IMG/VR virus record: IMGVR_UViG_3300031760_000001
Location: 180,785 to 244,784 of that record
From: a virus
Taxonomy: Duplodnaviria > Caudoviricetes
Direction: 5' to 3' (one strand)
Length of the DNA: 64,000 bases
The notes under the pieces are model-generated. The model searched no databases and was not told where the DNA came from. It worked only from the letters and a program-made list of their open reading frames with translations. Positions 59,048 to 64,000 of this stretch are shown here, piece by piece. The position numbers were made by a program, and so were the translations under genes. Position 1 is the first letter of the stretch. Every line of letters starts with the position of its first letter.

Positions 59048-59497
59048 TTATGGCTCTGGAGTTGGTTCAGGTTCTGGCTCAGGTTCTGGTTCAGGTTCTG
59101 GTTCAGGAGTTGGTTCTTCACCACCGTCTGATTCTTCTGCATCACCATACAAATGAAGGTCGTCAGCTTCGTTGCCATAGTAGTTCAATGGCTCACCAGC
59201 TGGATATTCACGCTGCAATTCCTGGTCATCACCGTAAGCTTTGGTTTCCAATGCTGTTGGAAGCATATTCTCGTTGTTTGTAAAGAATGAAGCCTGGTCG
59301 CTGTGTTGTTCTGAATAATCTTCTGCACTCATTGGCTCAGCAACTTTATTGTATGCTTCATCAACAACAGTTTCATTAATGAAACCTTTTTCTTCAAATT
59401 CGTTGATTCCACTTTCATCACCAGCAGGAATATTAACTGCATATTTCTCTTCTTCGAAGCCCCAAGCTGCGAAAGGATTTCTAGTATCTAACTTCAT
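59048..59497 (-). CDS. Stand-alone N-module paralog with PE-repeat tail
   Basis: MKLDTRNPFAAWGFEEEKYAVN...DLHLYGD shared; ends EPTPEPEPEPEPEPEPTPEP; TATTTATT at 59530-59537. Confidence 0.7.
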   Translation of the reverse strand: MKLDTRNPFAAWGFEEEKYAVNIPAGDESGINEFEEKGFINETVVDEAYNKVAEPMSAEDYSEQHSDQASFFTNNENMLPTALETKAYGDDQELQREYPAGEPLNYYGNEADDLHLYGDAEESDGGEEPTPEPEPEPEPEPEPEPTPEP

Positions 59498-59553
59498 AAT
59501 ATTATATTATTTTATTCTATTATTATATTAATAAATAGTAACAAATTGTAAAA

Positions 59554-60921
59554 TTACAAATAATTAGAGTTGAAATATTTAAAAAAATATTTATGAATGT
59601 TTAATTTTCTTTCGTCACCCATCTGTTTATACATATTTGATTCAGCTAAATTTTGTTCTACTTTACATATATAACTGTATAAATAATAAAGTTCGCACAC
59701 TTCTGGATATTTGGATATATAATAATTTATCCGTTCTTTTATTTCATTATAATAGGTCTTTTTTCTGAAATCACCACATTGTTTGATGACACCACACAAC
59801 ATTTTAATCAAACATTCTATTTCTATTTCTCTGTATATTGGGTTATTGTCATTCAAAGTCAATGCGTAGTTATATAAGCCATATGCTGACATAAACTGGT
59901 TATTGTTTTCAAAAAATTTAGCTATCTGGTAATAATCAATAAACCCATATGTATTGTTCAAGTCTTCATGTAAATCAACAAATTTGTTAATTGTATCTTT
60001 ATTTGTAATTAATATGCTAGATGTACAATCCAATTGACTGTATGTTATATACACATCATCACCCTTAATTGCCATTCCACAAGTGAATTCACACATCGGC
60101 GCTTTAAAAACAAACCAATCACTCATCTTGATTATATTCAAATCATTGTCATAAAACACAAATGCCGTCAAATAATCTGAATAACTGAATTCACCCTTAA
60201 CATGCCAGTCATTGGTATGAACCATTGAAATATAAGTGTTGTCATCATACCTGACAATCTGTGTACTTCCTTTAATTGCTTTTGTTATATTTTCGTTTTT
60301 CCCATTTGATTTTACCAACCAACAATCGCCCCTTTCGTTTACTTGCACAATATCGGTTGGATTGTTACAATATACGAAAGTAAACGGTCTATCTTCAACT
60401 GCACCCCAGTTTTTCTCACAATTTCCGCTTCCTTGTGGATGAACTATAATTTCATTAAATGGCTGCATATTCTCATCAAGTTCATATATACAAATACAAC
60501 CTTTATCTTCAACCCTGTCCCATCTGGTGCCATATATGTATAGTTTGTCATTCCAAACAACCAATCTTCCATCCTCAAGTCCCCTGTAATAACAATCCCA
60601 ATAAGTACTGTCTGGATATATAGTTTCAATTGTATCACATAAAGTACCATCTGAAAATTTTGACATAATATTCCGTGAATTAAAACCGTTTTTTGTATAA
60701 AAATATGTTTGTGTATAATTCTCAGATGTCAACACTCTGATATTGTCATTTTGAAACAGTTTAATATATTCAACAAGTCTGGTATTAATTATTAATTCAT
60801 TATTAAACCAAACACAACTGGTATTGCTGGTGCAATATTTTCTTTTAAAAATACTTTGTGGATACATTAAATCATAATCGCTACCACCATTTTCAAGCAC
60901 AAACCTGACAAAACTGTTCAT
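59554..60921 (-). CDS. GH130-like five-bladed propeller plus TPR (paralog 2)
   Basis: GLEDGRLV, CEKNW, KGSTQ, CEF.CG; TPR-like C-terminus. Confidence 0.65.
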   Translation of the reverse strand: MNSFVRFVLENGGSDYDLMYPQSIFKRKYCTSNTSCVWFNNELIINTRLVEYIKLFQNDNIRVLTSENYTQTYFYTKNGFNSRNIMSKFSDGTLCDTIETIYPDSTYWDCYYRGLEDGRLVVWNDKLYIYGTRWDRVEDKGCICIYELDENMQPFNEIIVHPQGSGNCEKNWGAVEDRPFTFVYCNNPTDIVQVNERGDCWLVKSNGKNENITKAIKGSTQIVRYDDNTYISMVHTNDWHVKGEFSYSDYLTAFVFYDNDLNIIKMSDWFVFKAPMCEFTCGMAIKGDDVYITYSQLDCTSSILITNKDTINKFVDLHEDLNNTYGFIDYYQIAKFFENNNQFMSAYGLYNYALTLNDNNPIYREIEIECLIKMLCGVIKQCGDFRKKTYYNEIKERINYYISKYPEVCELYYLYSYICKVEQNLAESNMYKQMGDERKLNIHKYFFKYFNSNYL

Positions 60922-62525
60922 TATAAAATTCTTTCCTTGTTTTTCTTGTTATTCTTATATATGTTGATGTAATAGTCAATCTCATTCATTTGGCTACTAT
61001 TAAGTGTACCTGTATTTCTTAACTTTTCAGCCATCGGTAAACAATCCAAATATTCATTGGTGTTGTATTTCGTTGCAATATACTGAATCTCACTATCAAC
61101 TTCATTAAGTGTCAAATACTTAACTTCATCAGGTAATTTCATATTAAAATTGTTAATCTGGTACGCTAACTTGGCAAACATATAAGCCTCCGAATATCTG
61201 GCTCTCCATGAATAATATTTTGAAGCCATCAAGTATCCCTCAGACCTGTTCATATCCAAATCAATCATCTTGTTCCACAACAATATCTCAGCATCGTCAT
61301 TTTTACCATGATTGGCAATGGATTTACCACACAAATACATACAATCATACAATTCATCCTGTGTTTTGAATGTATTGTATTCACAAGCCCTTTCATAAAG
61401 TACCATAGACGGTGCATAAAACCCTTGGTTGAAATATGAATTACCCATCTCCATACAATTGTAACTGTCATACGGGTTATCAAAAAACCTTAATGTTGTG
61501 CTACCGTTTATTATATAATCCCCAGGTGTTTTGTTGTTATTGAAAATAAAATCGCTTACAGTGTTTTCATCGACAGTCAGCAAGAAACTGAAGTTATCTT
61601 GCAAAGCAAACGGTATATAAAAATACCCGTCTTTATATGCCAATCCGTTGGTAAATTCTATACCAAAACCCGCAAATCTAAATGGTTCTGACAATTTGAC
61701 AATATTCCAGTCTTTGTCCCATACAATAAACTGCTCAAAATAACCAGTTCCGCATTTCTGTTTCTTCTCATTAATCCATAATTCACACATATGTGTGATT
61801 GCAATCCTGTAGTCACCCCAAGGTATAACCTGGGAACTGCCCCTGATACCCATATTGTTGGTGTTGTAATATTCCAAATCCTGTGGCTGCTCTTTCAAAA
61901 CAACAGTTTCACTATCACCAGTTTCAGGGTTTACTTTCACAACCTCAACAGGATTACACCATTTGACATAATGATACGGCATATCCAAAATCGGCATCCA
62001 GTTTTTCTCACAATAACTCTTGTCTTCCCCTGGCGCTTTAATTCTAACCCTGCTTATCTCATTACCGTCTTCATCCAATTCAGACAACTCCATCCTACCC
62101 TGACCGTTGGTTGTTGTGTCACGCCTTACTCCAGTTCCATATAACTTACCGTTCCATCTTACAAGTCGAGCATCTTCCAAACCAACAAACTCCCATAAAG
62201 GTTTCTTGTCAAATTTAGATGTATTAATTAATTTATGTATTAAAACATTATCCTTTAATTCGCATAAATAATTCTTGGTCATTAATTTTCTTTCATCATC
62301 ACCACTGATATACCATAGTGGACCATACTGTGTTGTGAATCTGTATTGATTGTCACTGTTCCATAATGCATAATTTACTCTCCTTATAATCATTCTCAAC
62401 CTGTCACCATCAAAAAATATGGAAGGATTACAAGTGCCAATATACACCTTATCATCAAGCGGTATGTTCAACGGTCTGATAATCGACCCCTTGGTCAAAC
62501 AATGTCTTACAAAATTGTCAAACAT
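60921..62525 (-). CDS. GH130-like five-bladed propeller plus TPR (paralog 1)
   Basis: NPSI, GLEDARLV, CEKNWMP, RGSSQ, IEF..GL; TPR-like C-terminus; class B element at 62562-62590. Confidence 0.7.
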   Translation of the reverse strand: MFDNFVRHCLTKGSIIRPLNIPLDDKVYIGTCNPSIFFDGDRLRMIIRRVNYALWNSDNQYRFTTQYGPLWYISGDDERKLMTKNYLCELKDNVLIHKLINTSKFDKKPLWEFVGLEDARLVRWNGKLYGTGVRRDTTTNGQGRMELSELDEDGNEISRVRIKAPGEDKSYCEKNWMPILDMPYHYVKWCNPVEVVKVNPETGDSETVVLKEQPQDLEYYNTNNMGIRGSSQVIPWGDYRIAITHMCELWINEKKQKCGTGYFEQFIVWDKDWNIVKLSEPFRFAGFGIEFTNGLAYKDGYFYIPFALQDNFSFLLTVDENTVSDFIFNNNKTPGDYIINGSTTLRFFDNPYDSYNCMEMGNSYFNQGFYAPSMVLYERACEYNTFKTQDELYDCMYLCGKSIANHGKNDDAEILLWNKMIDLDMNRSEGYLMASKYYSWRARYSEAYMFAKLAYQINNFNMKLPDEVKYLTLNEVDSEIQYIATKYNTNEYLDCLPMAEKLRNTGTLNSSQMNEIDYYINIYKNNKKNKERIL

Positions 62526-62593
62526 ATAACTATTGTATTATTCTTTATATTATTATATATTAATATAATGAATTTTTCATTAAAAGACAAAAC

Positions 62594-62629
62594 AAAAACC
62601 CCCACATATTCCTATGTGAGGGTTCTTTT
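62594..62629 (-). terminator. Terminator after fibre gene
   Basis: AACCCCCACATA-loop-TATGTGAGGGTT. Confidence 0.75.
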
Positions 62630-62651
62630 TAATTAAATAGTAGTATTAGTG

Positions 62652-63998
62652 TTACTCCTCAGGTTTTGGGTCGGAGTCTGCTGGGTCATCACCTGGTACT
62701 ACAGGATTTTCACTGATTTCAAACCCATCTGCTTCTTCAAAAACACTTCTAGGTAACACTACAAAAGGAACCGAACCGAAAGTAGTTCTAGCAACTGCAA
62801 CTGGTAAGAATACAATATCCTGAGCTTTTTCTGGGTCGATATTGATAATATCATATGCACTAACACCTAATTGTGAACCAAATGATTCATAATACTGTTC
62901 TTGACCATCATAGTCACCTAAGAAAGATGTGCCTTGTTGACCATCAACAAATACCCACCATGGTGTAATGGTTCCTGCATTCGCAGTGTACTTTGTTTTA
63001 TTGATACTGTTGTAAACCGTTGTTCGGTAAGTACTTGAGCCTACTGAACCACTACAATCTGCTGGTTCAACTGTAAGAAATGTATCACCACTACTACTAT
63101 CATAGTAGTTAAATGCTGGTGCCATAGGGTTAGCTCCACCGCTACCGCTATTAGCTTGTGCTTCCCATTTACCAGTTGTGCTGTTATATACAAGTATATA
63201 TCCGTTTTGTGCATTAGATACATCAACATCACTTAATAAATTTAATTGGTTGTTTCGAGCTTCCCATATTTGTTTTGTACGGTTATATACAAGTATGTAT
63301 CCATTTTGGACACCGTTTGTATTAACATCAGTTAAATCATTTAACCTTGATGCTCCACCGCCACCACTAATGGTATATGATAGAGGACCACCAGTGTAAC
63401 CGAACAAGTATCCAACATTTGGGTCATATTTATAACAAGTGAATTCAACTGGATAATCATTTGGAATTGTAACTGAATTACTGCTATACGCATTTTTAGG
63501 ATTTTGCCATACATTACCAGCACCAAATTTACATATATATGGTATTATGGGTTCATCATTTAAACTTCCCATAGTCCATTCTATGTTTGGTAAGAAACTC
63601 GAATCAAACCTCATTGACTCAACTCTGTTCCAGTTTGAAGTGCTACCATGTACAACAATTCTTGCGCCAACAGCCATCCTGAATCCTATTAAATCGGTAT
63701 TTACAGGTAATAATGTAGCCTTACCTGAACTATCAACACTTTTGATATTGAAACTATGCATAGTGGTTTGGTTGATTCTTGCACCATCACAATGTAAATA
63801 TCCACTACCATCAGGTCCAGTTACACCTTGAATACCGATTGGTCCTTGAATACCTTTATATCCTTGCCATCCAAGTGTGCCCTGGAACCCAGTTGAACCT
63901 TGGATACCACGGTTGCCCTGTGTACCACGGATTGCGTTGGTTGTACCCTGGACTGTGTTCTGGGTTCCCTGGAATCCAATCTCACCCTGGAAGCCAGT
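62652..63998 (-). CDS. Collagen-like tail/head fibre protein (5'-truncated by window edge)
   Basis: Frame stays open upstream of the tracked ATG: TGFQGEIGFQG...GIQGSTGFQGTLGWQGYKGIQGPIGIQGVTG (Gly-X-Y); two L.DV....NGYILVYN..W repeats. Confidence 0.8.
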   Translation of the reverse strand, partial: TGFQGEIGFQGTQNTVQGTTNAIRGTQGNRGIQGSTGFQGTLGWQGYKGIQGPIGIQGVTGPDGSGYLHCDGARINQTTMHSFNIKSVDSSGKATLLPVNTDLIGFRMAVGARIVVHGSTSNWNRVESMRFDSSFLPNIEWTMGSLNDEPIIPYICKFGAGNVWQNPKNAYSSNSVTIPNDYPVEFTCYKYDPNVGYLFGYTGGPLSYTISGGGGASRLNDLTDVNTNGVQNGYILVYNRTKQIWEARNNQLNLLSDVDVSNAQNGYILVYNSTTGKWEAQANSGSGGANPMAPAFNYYDSSSGDTFLTVEPADCSGSVGSSTYRTTVYNSINKTKYTANAGTITPWWVFVDGQQGTSFLGDYDGQEQYYESFGSQLGVSAYDIINIDPEKAQDIVFLPVAVARTTFGSVPFVVLPRSVFEEADGFEISENPVVPGDDPADSDPKPEE

Positions 63999-64000
63999 TG

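Noticed and set aside
59051-59115. 6-nt tandem repeat as a phase-variation switch
   Set aside because: The unit is in-frame and degenerate, encoding a Pro-Glu tail; slippage would not shift the frame.
1-64000. Stop-codon reassignment (TAG=Gln as in Lak megaphages)
   Set aside because: Conserved genes are intact under code 11 with high coding density. TAG ends only a few genes (22467, 30964, 31480) at plausible termini.

Overview
AT-rich segment of a large (jumbo-type) T4-superfamily-like tailed phage, standard genetic code. It contains the head morphogenesis module on the minus strand (terminase large subunit, portal, prohead protease, acidic scaffold, gp23-type major capsid protein), a gp55-like late sigma factor, a gp5/VgrG-like baseplate spike, nucleotide metabolism genes (dUTPase, dNMP kinase, HAD, degenerate HD), ClpX and ClpC-like unfoldases, a UvrD helicase, a Mom-like DNA modifier, a DUF262-HNH plus EcoRI-family MTase cassette, five glycosyltransferases, a 1945-aa GH2 glycosidase and the end of a collagen-like fibre gene. 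Most interesting signal: about a dozen otherwise unrelated ORFs around the head genes share a short K-K-(V/I)-I-(R/K)-L-(T/N)-E...E-S-V...L-N-E peptide. It is fused to different cargo domains (nucleotidyltransferase plus kinase, ADP-ribosyltransferase, lysozyme, zincin, unknown domains), and (I/L/V)-x-E protease-type sites separate the modules. I infer a capsid-targeting and protease-release cargo system. Three positionally conserved promoter-like motif classes are also visible, including a late-type TATTTATA that is the reverse complement of the T4 late promoter. AT-rich leaders without Shine-Dalgarno motifs and the gene content suggest a Bacteroidota host (inference). All calls come from motif recognition by eye; no database searches were run.
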